NCBI GenBank assembly: GCA_046582655.1
Contig: JAYGDX010000089.1
Coordinates: 34,229-98,228 of the forward strand
DNA: 64,000 bases
From: Candidatus Poribacteria bacterium
GTDB lineage: Bacteria; Poribacteria; WGA-4E; UBA9662
Direction: 5' to 3'
Shown here: piece after piece, positions 1-10,512 of the stretch
How the letters are laid out: every line of letters starts with the position of its first letter
Position numbering within the stretch: position 1 is the first letter of the stretch
Notes under the pieces: model-generated
The model's database searches: none
What the model was told of the DNA's origin: nothing
What the model saw: only the letters and a program-made list of their open reading frames with translations
Position numbers and translations under genes: made by a program

Positions 1-2028
1 CTCCAGAATATCAGCACGTTCCTGACCGGTTGGCCGCAGCAAAATTAATCGATGATCAAAGATACCACGTTGTCGAAACACCGGATCAATGGCATCGGGG
101 CGGTTTGATGCACCAATCCAGAGAATTTTACCGTGGTATTCTGGATCACTGATCATATTGGTCAGTTCAGCGGGCAACATACTGTTTGGTGTTTGCACGC
201 CATTACTAACATGTGGGTTGCTTACCAAATCGATTTCGTCTACAAAAACAATTACCGGTATTACGGCTTGAACAAAACTAAGTGCCATCCTTAAATCGCT
301 TTGATACGATTTTCCATCACCCGCCATTGGTCTCTCAATACCAATCCATTCCCGTGGACTTTTAAGTCGAACAAATGTCAATCCACTGTATCTTGCAATC
401 ATCTGAGCTAACAAGGTCTTACCGGTACCAGGTGGTCCTAGCAACAACAACCCCCGCGGTGCACGCTTCAGATCACCTTGATGGATAGCGGACATGATAT
501 CTCTCATTATCTCACCAACGTGTCTCATACCACCGACCACTGAGCGATCGTAGGGAGTCGGCACAACTTCTAGTAGACCTCGACTGTGAGTCTCGACATT
601 CTCACGTCGATACTGAGCAATTAGCGTTGGAGTAATCGGTTCACGCACCTCCTCTGCTCGCAAGGCAACGTCATGGATACCAAAGAGGGTAAGACCTGCG
701 GTATCTCGGGCAGCTTGTTCAATCGTTAAATCTGGGTGAAGTTTTATCTGTGTCGTAATTTGCGCTCGTGAATCTGGATTGGTCTGAACAGGCAAGCTGA
801 TCAAGTGATTAATAAATTCAAATCGATCATTGTAATCCGGAAAAGGAATTTCCACTACCGGCACATCACTATTTTTCGTCAATACTGGGTGGACATCGGT
901 GATATCATGTGCTACCATCAAGAAAAGGTGCTTTTTCAGTCTTATATCGAAGTCCGCTGCCCACCTCTGCAATGTATCCAAAAACGTCGTGGTCTCTTTT
1001 GGGAGTACAGACATTTCCCCACTTGGCGCGACTTTCTCTGTATAGAACATCACCAACCCAACCTTGTATCTTACAGTATTGAAAAGTGTATTAAGCTGAT
1101 TTAACCAATCAGAGGTTATTGGGAGCTTACCAGAGCCAATGAAGGGGTCTTCATGCATCTTCTCGTGAATTACACCGGAGTTGATTTTCGTGCGATGCGG
1201 GTCAACTTCACGTTCAGAAACAATCTCCCACTGAGCATCTTCAATTTCTACCGGATTACCACTCGAGTCCTCGCCAGCAAGTTTGAATTTATAGGGTTCC
1301 CTTGGTTTTATCTCTCTTGGCATTTCCTCAAATTTGATTTTGGTAAGTTCCCCAGGAATAACTACGATCTCATCAGACTCAGCATTCACATTATGTACTT
1401 GAACAGTGATCTTGCCCTTGCCTGCCTTTGAAGCAGTAAAAACACCATCAGGGGTTATGTCACCAATTCCTCCTTCAACTTTCCAGCGCGCCTGTTGAAT
1501 CCCAATTGAACGATTCGATCCGTCAAAACCGGTTAATTTTAGCCGGATTTTTTGACCAGATTCTATTTCAAATTGTTGAGGTGAAATTTCAAGCTGCTCA
1601 ATCTGGTCATCCGTAATACGGAACCGTGGTGATTCGGTACGCACATTGCCAACTGAAGCACGGATTCGCCCTAGCCCCAGTTCCTCTGCTATAAACGTTC
1701 CCTGCCCATCAAATTGACCGACAGAGGGTAAACCCCCCTGCATCTCACCAACCCATTTAACATCCTCACTAACCAACCCAAGTGAACGTTGGATCCATTT
1801 CCAATGGTCTATTTGCGGCCAAATAATTCCTTGTGAAGGTGTATACCCAAGAACAATATCACACCCAACCATATTCAATTGTTCCATGAGATAATAGAAT
1901 ATGGGTAAATACCCATGTTCCGCGTCTTTTGCCAAGTCATATGTATTATAGTGAAGCATAAACATATGGGCAGAACCTGCTTTGTACTCTTTGGCAATCC
2001 TATCAAAAAAGCTGGGCATTTCCCTCAT
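1..2028 (-). CDS. AAA+ family ATPase (Ycf46-like layout) with internal Ig-like repeats; 3' end runs off the window
   Basis: Own translation from ATG 2028 (MREMPSFFDRIAKEYKAGSAHMFMLH...) is open to base 1. Walker A GLLLLGPPGTGKT, Walker B IVFVDEID, sensor/SRH WIGASNRPDAIDPVFRQRGIFD. Not in the ORF track because there is no stop in the window. Confidence 0.9.
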   Translation of the reverse strand, partial: MREMPSFFDRIAKEYKAGSAHMFMLHYNTYDLAKDAEHGYLPIFYYLMEQLNMVGCDIVLGYTPSQGIIWPQIDHWKWIQRSLGLVSEDVKWVGEMQGGLPSVGQFDGQGTFIAEELGLGRIRASVGNVRTESPRFRITDDQIEQLEISPQQFEIESGQKIRLKLTGFDGSNRSIGIQQARWKVEGGIGDITPDGVFTASKAGKGKITVQVHNVNAESDEIVVIPGELTKIKFEEMPREIKPREPYKFKLAGEDSSGNPVEIEDAQWEIVSEREVDPHRTKINSGVIHEKMHEDPFIGSGKLPITSDWLNQLNTLFNTVRYKVGLVMFYTEKVAPSGEMSVLPKETTTFLDTLQRWAADFDIRLKKHLFLMVAHDITDVHPVLTKNSDVPVVEIPFPDYNDRFEFINHLISLPVQTNPDSRAQITTQIKLHPDLTIEQAARDTAGLTLFGIHDVALRAEEVREPITPTLIAQYRRENVETHSRGLLEVVPTPYDRSVVGGMRHVGEIMRDIMSAIHQGDLKRAPRGLLLLGPPGTGKTLLAQMIARYSGLTFVRLKSPREWIGIERPMAGDGKSYQSDLRMALSFVQAVIPVIVFVDEIDLVSNPHVSNGVQTPNSMLPAELTNMISDPEYHGKILWIGASNRPDAIDPVFRQRGIFDHRLILLRPTGQERADILE

Positions 2029-2436
2029 CTTAATCCTAGGGTTTCATTGTCCTTATCATAATAGCATGGCCACTATCAATTAGCAAGACTTTGCTTACGC
2101 TCGTTTAAAGAGTTTAACCTTCTAAAGTGAGCTAGATTCTGACCAAAGGAATTAGCATACTAAAGAAGAAGATAGAGAGCCTGGATTCGAAGTTGCTAGG
2201 ATTATCCAGCTCGAAAAAATTGCACCTCCGAACCCTGAACTACTCTCCCAAACTCAGGATTCAGGGCAACTGGTGGGTTGGATAACAACTCCAATTCCCT
2301 AAAAGATGATTCAAGAATTACCAATGCCTGGAATGCTACTAGGACTCATTGAGGTTGGGAATAAAGTCCAGAGCATCAAGAAATTGCTGATATCCCCTTT
2401 ATCGGTCCTCGAGCACATTACCTGTCACGAATTAAT

Positions 2437-3311
2437 AGACCTCTTGCAAAAGTAGAAAGAAATGCTAGAATGAAAGATGGGATACCAAGAGATAAAAGAT
2501 AAATCAGGATCAGATTATAAGCGATTGACTGGAGTTAGCCCACAGACCTTCCATCAGATGCGACAAATGTTAGAACAGTCCCAACCTCGGAGGGAACGAC
2601 CAGCTAAACTGAGTTGTGCCGATCAATTGTTAATGACCTTGATGTACCGGCATGAATACCAGACTTAGTTTCACCTTGCCCAAAGCTATCGCCCAAGCGG
2701 AGCCACTGTTTGTCGCACCATAGCGAAAGAGGAAGACTGATTGATACAATCAGAACAGTTCCGATTGCCGGGTAAGAAGAAACTGCTAGAGAGTGACAAG
2801 CAAATTTAAGTCTTGTTAGTAGATGCCACCGAGCAACCAATTGAACGGCCGAAAAAAACAAGGACAATATTACAGTGGCAAAAAGCGGCATACGCAGAAA
2901 GCACAATTGGTGATAAATTTAGCCTTCCGACAGATCCTGTTCACCACTTTTGACAGCGGAAGGAAACATGATTTCCAGTTGTTTAAGAACAGCTAGACAA
3001 AGATTTAGAGGACAACTCTGTTGTTTGTCTGATTCAGGTTACCAGGGACTATCCAAGTTGCATAGCAACAGTTGGTTGCCAAAAAAGCAATCCAAACATC
3101 GGCCCCTGAGCCAGAAGGGGGAAGCCTCTAATAGAGATTTAGCCCGAGGCCGTATTTATGTTGAACATGTAATTGGCAAGTTAAAAGTCTTTGGCATCCT
3201 GTGCCAGCGTTATCGAGACCATCGCCGGTGTCTTTCACTACTGCTTTAACCTGATAGCTTCTATCTACAATTTGGAACTCACCCTTAAATGCTGATTTAG
3301 GCAAGAGGTTA
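2437..3311 (+). mobile_element. Degenerate IS5-family (ISL2/IS1381-like) element with pseudogenised transposase
   Basis: Fragments YKRLTGV, RPAKLSCADQLLMTLMY, SDSGYQG, NRDLARGRIYVEHVIGKLKVF with stops and frameshifts. Imperfect terminal IRs agacctcttgc (2437-2447) and gcaagaggtta (3301-3311). Confidence 0.85.
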
Positions 3312-4153
3312 AATGTTGTTTCTTACTGAATTTAGCTAGATGCTTGAAATCTCACCCACGCTTTCAATTCAATTGGATGCATCAGTTGAATTTGGCGAAA
3401 TTATGGCCTCGGCACTTGAAATTTCTCTTAAAAATTTGCCTAATACAGAATTGCGCCCTACAAGAACTTTTCCTACCATGTAACAGATACAGTTGTTGTA
3501 CTAGGTTCGCGAGTTTTCTGCGCACTGATTGAGGATGTACTGATTGTCAGCTTAGGTTAGACTTCACAACTATCAAATCTTAATCGCACACTATCGAATA
3601 AAGCTTCCAATGATTTCCTGCAAATCGTGGACCATGTACATGACCAATCAGTTCCTTGGTGCAGGGTAAGTGGACCTGAGATTGAACTTAAAACTCAAAA
3701 TCGATATCGCCTGTTTATTTATTGTTGCAATTTCCTCGCTTGCTTTAAGTCCATCAGTTGTGCCGATACTCTTAGTGCCCCTACCGCACGACGACGAACA
3801 CCAACAAATTAATCCTGTAATGTTCCGATCAAAGCATAAACAACACCTACTTTATCCTCTTTCTATTTCTGCTGATTACTTAATGCAAAAGTGCCTCTTG
3901 TTTTCCAAAAAAGTGAGGTAGGGAAGGATGCGTGTTAGCAACGATAGCGAAATCAAGATATCAAGATATAGCTCAAAGATACCAAATGTATTGGCAAATC
4001 AGATAGCCACAAGGCGAAACTGGATCAGGATCTTAACGTGCGACTGAAATCAAAACAAAATACACTGTACATTAAGATCTGTAACAGGGAAGACGATTAG
4101 GCGTTTGCAGTCCGTTTCACTAACTCTTCAGGTAGACTAATTAAGTAGATCAG

Positions 4154-5284
4154 TTATGAGGGATCAAGATAGAATTTTTGGAGCAGTTTAAGCTGATGCG
4201 ATGATATTTCGGTTGGCAGTTTAACTCGGAGTGTTACAAGTTGATCTCCAGTATCCGTTCCTGCTTCATTCGGAAGCCCTTTACCAGAAAGTTTAAATTT
4301 ATGATTGGGTTGTGTTCCAGCAGGGACATCAATATGGATAAAATCATCAAGCGTTTGTACCGAGATCTGTGTCCCCAAAATAGCATCAATAAAATCAACC
4401 CCCATTTCACTATGGAGATCGTTTCCGTGTCGCGAGAGGTATGGATGTTCTCGAATCCGGACTTTCAGAAATAAATCGCCGTTTGGACCATTATGTAAAC
4501 CCGGTTCCCCCTTACCAGAAATCTTTAAGCGAGTGCCGTCCTTAATACCTGGTTTTACAGTAGCCATAATTTTGTGTTGTCTCTCAATCCTACCGGTTTC
4601 ACTACAATTGAAGCAGGGAATTCCTTTGTCATCGATGTTATCACAGCAACTGGGACATATACGTTTAACATCAACGTTTCCCATTCTCACCTCGATAGTA
4701 CCAGTTGCTGCACATCTTCGGCACCCCCGCGAGTCAATGGCTCCTTGTCTCCCTATACCATTGCAGCGAATACAGGTTTCGTGAATGGTCACAGGGACCA
4801 TAAACTGTCCACCTTGTAAAACATCTTTTAGGTCTATCTCAAGAATCTGCTGAACGCTTTCACCACGCACGGGTCTTTTTATTTTTGTTTTCTGACTTTC
4901 TGATTCGGTGAAGAAATCATTGAAGAAATCTGAGAAGGAAGCACCCGAGAATTTCCCTCTTGTTCTTGCGCGTGCAGTCGAAGTTGGAGGTTCGTTGGTC
5001 GTTCGTGCTTGTGGCTTTGACCTTGGAGAAGATTGGTAACTATGTTTAGCAGACGGTGGTTTTGCCTTGTTTTTACTAGTAGAATAAGACTGATCGTATT
5101 CTGCTCTTTTTTCCGAGTTTGAAAGAATGGCATACGCTTCTGAGATGCGTTGGAATTTATCTTCAATGCTGAAGTTATTAGGATTTTTGTCGGGATGGAA
5201 TTCAATCGCAAGCTGACGGAATGCTTTTTTGATCTGGTCAAGCGTAGCAGACGTTGAAACCCCTAGAATTTTATAGTAATCCAC
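4154..5284 (-). CDS. dnaJ: DnaJ-family chaperone (J domain, degenerate Zn finger, C-terminal domain), probably a paralog
   Basis: DYYKILGV...FHPDKNP J domain, four CxxC motifs, PGIKDGTRLKISGKGEPG..GDL, VPAGTQP. Confidence 0.85.
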   Translation of the reverse strand: MDYYKILGVSTSATLDQIKKAFRQLAIEFHPDKNPNNFSIEDKFQRISEAYAILSNSEKRAEYDQSYSTSKNKAKPPSAKHSYQSSPRSKPQARTTNEPPTSTARARTRGKFSGASFSDFFNDFFTESESQKTKIKRPVRGESVQQILEIDLKDVLQGGQFMVPVTIHETCIRCNGIGRQGAIDSRGCRRCAATGTIEVRMGNVDVKRICPSCCDNIDDKGIPCFNCSETGRIERQHKIMATVKPGIKDGTRLKISGKGEPGLHNGPNGDLFLKVRIREHPYLSRHGNDLHSEMGVDFIDAILGTQISVQTLDDFIHIDVPAGTQPNHKFKLSGKGLPNEAGTDTGDQLVTLRVKLPTEISSHQLKLLQKFYLDPS

Positions 5285-5511
5285 AATTCAAGCATCCATG
5301 TATAGTTACTTTAGTTTTCCAAGGTTGCATAGTATACAAGATTACAGACTAAACATGTAAACGTTATTTGCCTTGCAGCACGGCATACATTAAGGAGATA
5401 TACAAGTCAATTTTTACTATCAATTTTGATTGGCCGTATGCTATCCTTAGAAATATAGACGATTTAAGGTTACGAAAGCATAGTTCACGGAATTAAGGGA
5501 ATATTCGTAAG

Positions 5512-6261
5512 ATGATGTGGCGTACCCAGGCGCGCGCCTTCGCACTCCAGATGCTTTATCAAGTTGAAGTACATCAAGATAGTTCTTCCATCGATTTTAC
5601 ATACTTCTGGAAACAACCAGATATAAATTCGTTAGATGGATTTTATCCGCTTAGTGTATTTCGGTGGTTGCTGTCCGGAAACACAAGTCAGAAGGAGAAA
5701 GGTCAGGAAGATTTCAATCAAAAAGTTATTACCGTTCAAGAAACATTTGAAAATCGGAACAAAGATCGTCATAATCCCAACCAAGAATTGGTTGATCTGT
5801 TCAAGAATTTATTCTGGAATCGAACTGAAAACGGAGAAGACGAAACGGTCGAAATATCGGCTCATCCGTCTGAACAGAAACAGGAAATCTCGCTTAAGGC
5901 ATTTAAAGCGTCAGACGACATCATCGATTTTGCCAATTTATTGGTGCAAGGTACCATTGAACATCTGTCGACCATTGACCAATTGATTGATTCGGCTTCA
6001 GAACATTGGACACGTAATAGGATGCCACTTACCGATTTGTCAGTTTTACGGCTTGCAACCTATGAGATACTATGTCTAGTAGACATTCCTTTTGCCGTCT
6101 CAATTAATGAAGCAGTCGAACTCTCCAAAATCTTTGGCACCGACGATTCCCCCAAATTTGTCAATGGCGTTTTGGATAAAGTTAAGGAACTGAGTTCCAC
6201 AAATCATATCCCACTCAATCGATTGGAAGTTAGTTCCAACCAGAATGAAGAAGAGAGATAA
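5512..6261 (+). CDS. nusB: Transcription antitermination factor NusB with ~100 aa insertion
   Basis: [58 protein letters not shown]. Confidence 0.9.
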   Translation: MMWRTQARAFALQMLYQVEVHQDSSSIDFTYFWKQPDINSLDGFYPLSVFRWLLSGNTSQKEKGQEDFNQKVITVQETFENRNKDRHNPNQELVDLFKNLFWNRTENGEDETVEISAHPSEQKQEISLKAFKASDDIIDFANLLVQGTIEHLSTIDQLIDSASEHWTRNRMPLTDLSVLRLATYEILCLVDIPFAVSINEAVELSKIFGTDDSPKFVNGVLDKVKELSSTNHIPLNRLEVSSNQNEEER

Positions 6262-6264
6262 AGT

Positions 6265-8181
6265 ATGGTAATATCTCTTCGAAGATTCTTGCCATTAATG
6301 GCTACTGTTTTCTTGTCTGCTAATGTGTTAACCGTCTCTGCCAAAGAGGTGAAATTTGATTTTCAATTTGGAGGCAAAGGAAACAGTGAAGGTAAATTTT
6401 CGGACAAAACGCTGTTTAGCTTTGATCAAGAGGGAGCTATCTACATTGCAGATAACGGCAAGGGAATGAGAAAAATTCAGAAACTTATGCCAGACGGTAC
6501 CCTTGCGTTTACAATTAAGAGCGATCCAAAAAAATTTATCTTCGCAAATATCACCGATATGGCTATTGGTACTGATGGCAAAATCTACGTTTCAGACTGG
6601 AAAATTTCGCCGATTGAAGGTGCAGATGATCCCAAGCTCTTCACCTACGGAGCTTGCATTCACAAATTTAATGCCGAAGGTCAGTTCATCGAGACCTATT
6701 TCGTTCACCGCTTGACCCATTCAGGGATTAGATTTCTTCCGGATTCGCCATTAGGGGCGATTGTCAAGCGCAATTTGACTAATACGTCTCTCCCACTGAA
6801 CCACCAGTCACTTTCTCAGCATTCCCAGTTTTTTGAAACTGCGTTACCCGCTTTAGATCCTGATGGGCACTATGCACTTTTTCTGCCACAAGGAAATACC
6901 AAAAGAACCTTTTTTCTCTCAGTTGATGAACAAGAGAATATGTATGTTTTTGATGACGGCAAAATCCGAAAAATCTCTGCAGAGGGTTTTATACTGTCAA
7001 CATTTACGGTAGATCAACCTGGTGCCGGACAGGTCGCTGAAGCCGCTGACATGGCTATTGATCTGAAGGGACATATTTACATTGTCGATCAAAAATTGCA
7101 TCGCATCCTGAGATACAATGCCAATGGTGAATTCGTTTCGACTTTTGGAAAACAAGGTTACGATGATGGTGAATTGATATCCCCTTATCATCTGGTTGTG
7201 TTAGCGGATAATTCGGTTCTTGTTGCTGATAAATCTCGATACTGGAAACTATCCTCTTCCAAGTTACCAACTCGTATGAATGATCCACTAATGACTCCTA
7301 AGTTTCAGCAACTTGTTAGTGTTGGGCGTACTTTTCAGAGTCGTTTTTTGAGAGTTCAACGATTTAGCTCCGACGGGAATTTTCTCGAAAAGACTCTGGT
7401 TCGTTTTCAACGAGAAGACAAGAGTTTTGCCAATTTAGAATTGAAAGCAATTGATTTAACCGGTAGCCTCTACTTTATCAACACCCAATCGTTGCGAGTA
7501 AGCAAATTTTCACCAGCCTCACCGTTTGTTAGATCTGCATTGCAAACCGAAGTTCAACTCACATACCACCGGAACGATGAGGGAACCTGGATCGACAATG
7601 AAGATGATTTGGATGCTGACGTTCACCAAGGGGCCGATTATGAACAGGATCTGACCGACAACGGCATAGATGCCACTGCTATCTTTACATACGATTTTAA
7701 CGAAGATTTTCGGATTAAGCTAACTAACACTATCGGTTGGAGTGAAACAACCGATGATTTATACTATCGTACGCCTGCCTTCGAAGACTTTCGCGGGAGT
7801 TTCGTGGCTGACGGTCGAACAGTCAAAGATAGCTTGAGAAATAATATTGTGCTGGGCTTTGAACTCATCCGAGATCATAATCCCTATACCTATAGGGAAA
7901 TAGGAGGGGACGTCAACCTGTCAGTCACGAACATGGGGCAGATCAAGTATGCTTTTGACCCAAGTAACAAAAGTTACCTTGATTTCTCGGCTAGGACTGT
8001 TGGCTGGGGTGCCAATGTATACTACGATTTCGGGAGAACCTTTCGACTGAAATTTCAAATCAGAGGATCAAACGGTGGTGGAAGTTACACCTACAATGAT
8101 GAACTCGATATGCTTTACATGACTTTTGCTTCAAATGCTGGGTACACTCAAGTCAAAGTCATGATTGATGGAGTATTCTAA
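6265..8181 (+). CDS. Secreted NHL-repeat propeller protein with probable C-terminal beta-barrel-like domain
   Basis: Signal peptide; NHL-like repeats (DMAIGTDGKIYVSD, DMAIDLKGHIYIVDQKLHRI, FGKQGYDDGELISP); C-terminal amphipathic strands ending in Phe. Confidence 0.65.
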   Translation: MVISLRRFLPLMATVFLSANVLTVSAKEVKFDFQFGGKGNSEGKFSDKTLFSFDQEGAIYIADNGKGMRKIQKLMPDGTLAFTIKSDPKKFIFANITDMAIGTDGKIYVSDWKISPIEGADDPKLFTYGACIHKFNAEGQFIETYFVHRLTHSGIRFLPDSPLGAIVKRNLTNTSLPLNHQSLSQHSQFFETALPALDPDGHYALFLPQGNTKRTFFLSVDEQENMYVFDDGKIRKISAEGFILSTFTVDQPGAGQVAEAADMAIDLKGHIYIVDQKLHRILRYNANGEFVSTFGKQGYDDGELISPYHLVVLADNSVLVADKSRYWKLSSSKLPTRMNDPLMTPKFQQLVSVGRTFQSRFLRVQRFSSDGNFLEKTLVRFQREDKSFANLELKAIDLTGSLYFINTQSLRVSKFSPASPFVRSALQTEVQLTYHRNDEGTWIDNEDDLDADVHQGADYEQDLTDNGIDATAIFTYDFNEDFRIKLTNTIGWSETTDDLYYRTPAFEDFRGSFVADGRTVKDSLRNNIVLGFELIRDHNPYTYREIGGDVNLSVTNMGQIKYAFDPSNKSYLDFSARTVGWGANVYYDFGRTFRLKFQIRGSNGGGSYTYNDELDMLYMTFASNAGYTQVKVMIDGVF

Positions 8182-8275
8182 GGCTTACAGCACAAGCATA
8201 ATCTCTTTCGCTCGATCTATTGAGTGTCATTTTCGTTTCGGTTTCTGCCTTAGGTCATGGTTAAAAGAGGTCGTG

Positions 8276-8910
8276 ATGTCCGAGAAAACACTTGAAGGCA
8301 GTATACATGTTCCTGATTTCCCCAAGACATGGAGTGGTTCAATACCGATACTCCAATTTCTCTTCTGAATTTACGGGGTAAAATTGTTTCACTTGATTTC
8401 TGGACTCTCTGTTGTATTAACTGCCTACACACCACCCCTGATCTCAAAAAATTAAAGGAGAAGTTTTCTGATCTTGAAACACTCGAAGCCAAACCTCATG
8501 CAGGAACTGGTCGCGAAGCACGGGTAGACGGCAAGTTACTCAAATCCGCGCTTACACAACCAAGCAGTATTAATAAATGGCGAGAAACTTTATTTCGCTG
8601 ATAGCGAGATTAGTTCAATACGTTCTGCCAATATTAACTCAAATGGTGTCGCAAAAACTATTATCGGAAAGGCCTGTTTGAATTCGATGATGCTGATGGA
8701 TACTTCTCATCTACCCAATTGCCGCATCCGGTTGATGTCGTTTTTAAAGATGGCGCACTTTACATAGCGGATACATACAATTCGAAAATCAAAACGATTG
8801 ATCCAACCAAACGAGTCGGTAATTCATTTGCGGGGACAGGTCTACACGGTTATGCTGATGGGGTCAGATTCGAAAAATTGACCTTGAAACCAACCAAGTT
8901 GAAATCATGA
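8276..8910 (+). pseudogene. Thioredoxin-like + NHL repeat protein (NHLRC2-like), frameshifted and internally deleted
   Basis: Fragments in different frames: PDFP / [23 protein letters not shown] / [11 protein letters not shown] / LYFADSE.SSIR / LYIADTYNSKIK. Confidence 0.8.
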
Positions 8911-8941
8911 AATTCTTCAATTAATTTGGAATTCAAGAAAA

Positions 8942-9727
8942 ATGGCTCTAAAAGGTAAAAACATCGTTATTGTCGGTGGAACGTCCGGTATGGGGTTGTC
9001 AGCGTGTCAGGCATGTATTCAGGCAGGAGCGAAGGTTTCTACCTTTGGTCGCAATGCCGAGAAAGTTGAGCGATCCAAAAAAATATTAGGCAATCAAGCA
9101 ACTATTGCCGTTGGTAACGCCACAGATCCAAATATGGTTTCGTCTGTGATTGATCGGTTCGTGGCCAAGCAGGGAATAATCCATGGTCTTTATCATGTGG
9201 CAGGCGGTAGCGGCCGCAGTATGGGAGATGCGCCACTGCATGAGGTCACAGACAAAGGGTGGTATAAAACTATAGAACTCAACCTAACTTCCATGTTTTA
9301 CTCAAACCGTGCGGCAGTCCGGCAGTTCCTAAGACAGAAAACCCGCGGCTCGATTTTAAACATGGGATCCGTCCTGGGATTTTCTCCATCCTCTCGTTAT
9401 TTCGGCATGCTTACCTATGCTACTGCCAAATCAGCTATCATCGGGATGACCAAATCCTCTGCCTCCTTTTACGCAGATCAAGGTATTCGGTTCAATGTCA
9501 TTGCGCCTGCTCTCGTTGATACACCAATGGCAGAACGAGCCTCGACCGACCAAAAAATTATGCAGTACATTCAAACCAAGCAACCGTTGGATGGTGGGAG
9601 GATTGGCTTGCCCTCCGATCTAAATCAGGCGGTGGTATTTTTTTTGTCAGATGCTTCAAAATTCGTAACCGGTCAAGTTCTAGCCATTGACGGTGGCTGG
9701 TCGATCTCGGAAGGACAATATCTATGA
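8942..9727 (+). CDS. SDR family NAD(P)-dependent oxidoreductase
   Basis: GGTSGMG, catalytic YATAK, VTGQVLAIDGG. Confidence 0.92.
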   Translation: MALKGKNIVIVGGTSGMGLSACQACIQAGAKVSTFGRNAEKVERSKKILGNQATIAVGNATDPNMVSSVIDRFVAKQGIIHGLYHVAGGSGRSMGDAPLHEVTDKGWYKTIELNLTSMFYSNRAAVRQFLRQKTRGSILNMGSVLGFSPSSRYFGMLTYATAKSAIIGMTKSSASFYADQGIRFNVIAPALVDTPMAERASTDQKIMQYIQTKQPLDGGRIGLPSDLNQAVVFFLSDASKFVTGQVLAIDGGWSISEGQYL

Positions 9728-10512
9728 AGCCAAGTCAACAATATATATCTAAGTGCCGCGAAATCATTGATCTCATTGAGCAACAGTATGACCAAATCAA
9801 TCAAGTTGCAGACTGGTTTAGTGAAACAATTTTAGCAGGACGCATGGTTCATCTCTTTGGATCAGGACATAGTCGAATCATGGTGGAAGAGATGTGGCCA
9901 CGTTATGGATCCTTTCCCGGCTTTAACCCCATCGTTGAGTTGTCGCTGACATTCCATAACAATGTTGCCGGCACAAATGGGCAGCGTCAGGCGATGTACC
10001 TCGAAAATGTTAGCGGATTCGCTCAACATATTTTGCGTAATTTTGATTTGTCCGAGATTGACTCCGCCTTAGTTATTTCATCTGGCGGTACAAATATTGT
10101 CCCCATCGAAATAGCACAGGGGTTCAAGGGGGCTGGAATGAAAGTCGTAGGGATGGTAGGTGTGCGACATTCGGAAGCAAGCGAATCTAAACATCCTGAA
10201 AACCTCAAGCTCACAGACACAGTCGATTTGATTCTTGATAATGGTGTTCCTCCGGGGGATTCGATGGTACAAGTTGATGGACTTGACACTCCAGTTTCAC
10301 CCGGATCAACCGTTGGAGGCGTAGCCTTAATTAATGCCGTTAAGGCTGAAGTCGCTGATCGATTGACTAAGGCGGGTCATCCACCAATAGTATTGACAGC
10401 CTCCTGTCTGGTTGGAAGTGAGCGGGCATCACATCTGTTTGAATCAGCCTATGATGAACATGCGCATCGGATAAGTAAACTTTATCAAAAAATAGGAAAA
10501 CTTAAGGAATGA
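9724..10512 (+). CDS. SIS-domain (sugar isomerase) protein
   Basis: VHLFGSGHS, ISSGGTN, SPGSTVGG; ATGA overlap with the upstream gene. Confidence 0.85.
   Translation: MKPSQQYISKCREIIDLIEQQYDQINQVADWFSETILAGRMVHLFGSGHSRIMVEEMWPRYGSFPGFNPIVELSLTFHNNVAGTNGQRQAMYLENVSGFAQHILRNFDLSEIDSALVISSGGTNIVPIEIAQGFKGAGMKVVGMVGVRHSEASESKHPENLKLTDTVDLILDNGVPPGDSMVQVDGLDTPVSPGSTVGGVALINAVKAEVADRLTKAGHPPIVLTASCLVGSERASHLFESAYDEHAHRISKLYQKIGKLKE

Noticed and set aside
3670..3921. 83-aa ORF with a hydrophobic N-terminus
   Set aside because: No recognisable domain; lies in a decayed AT-rich region, so coding status cannot be supported
3985..4050. DIAQRYQMYWQI resembling an IS4/IS701 Y..RW.IE motif
   Set aside because: Too short and degraded, and no ends could be identified
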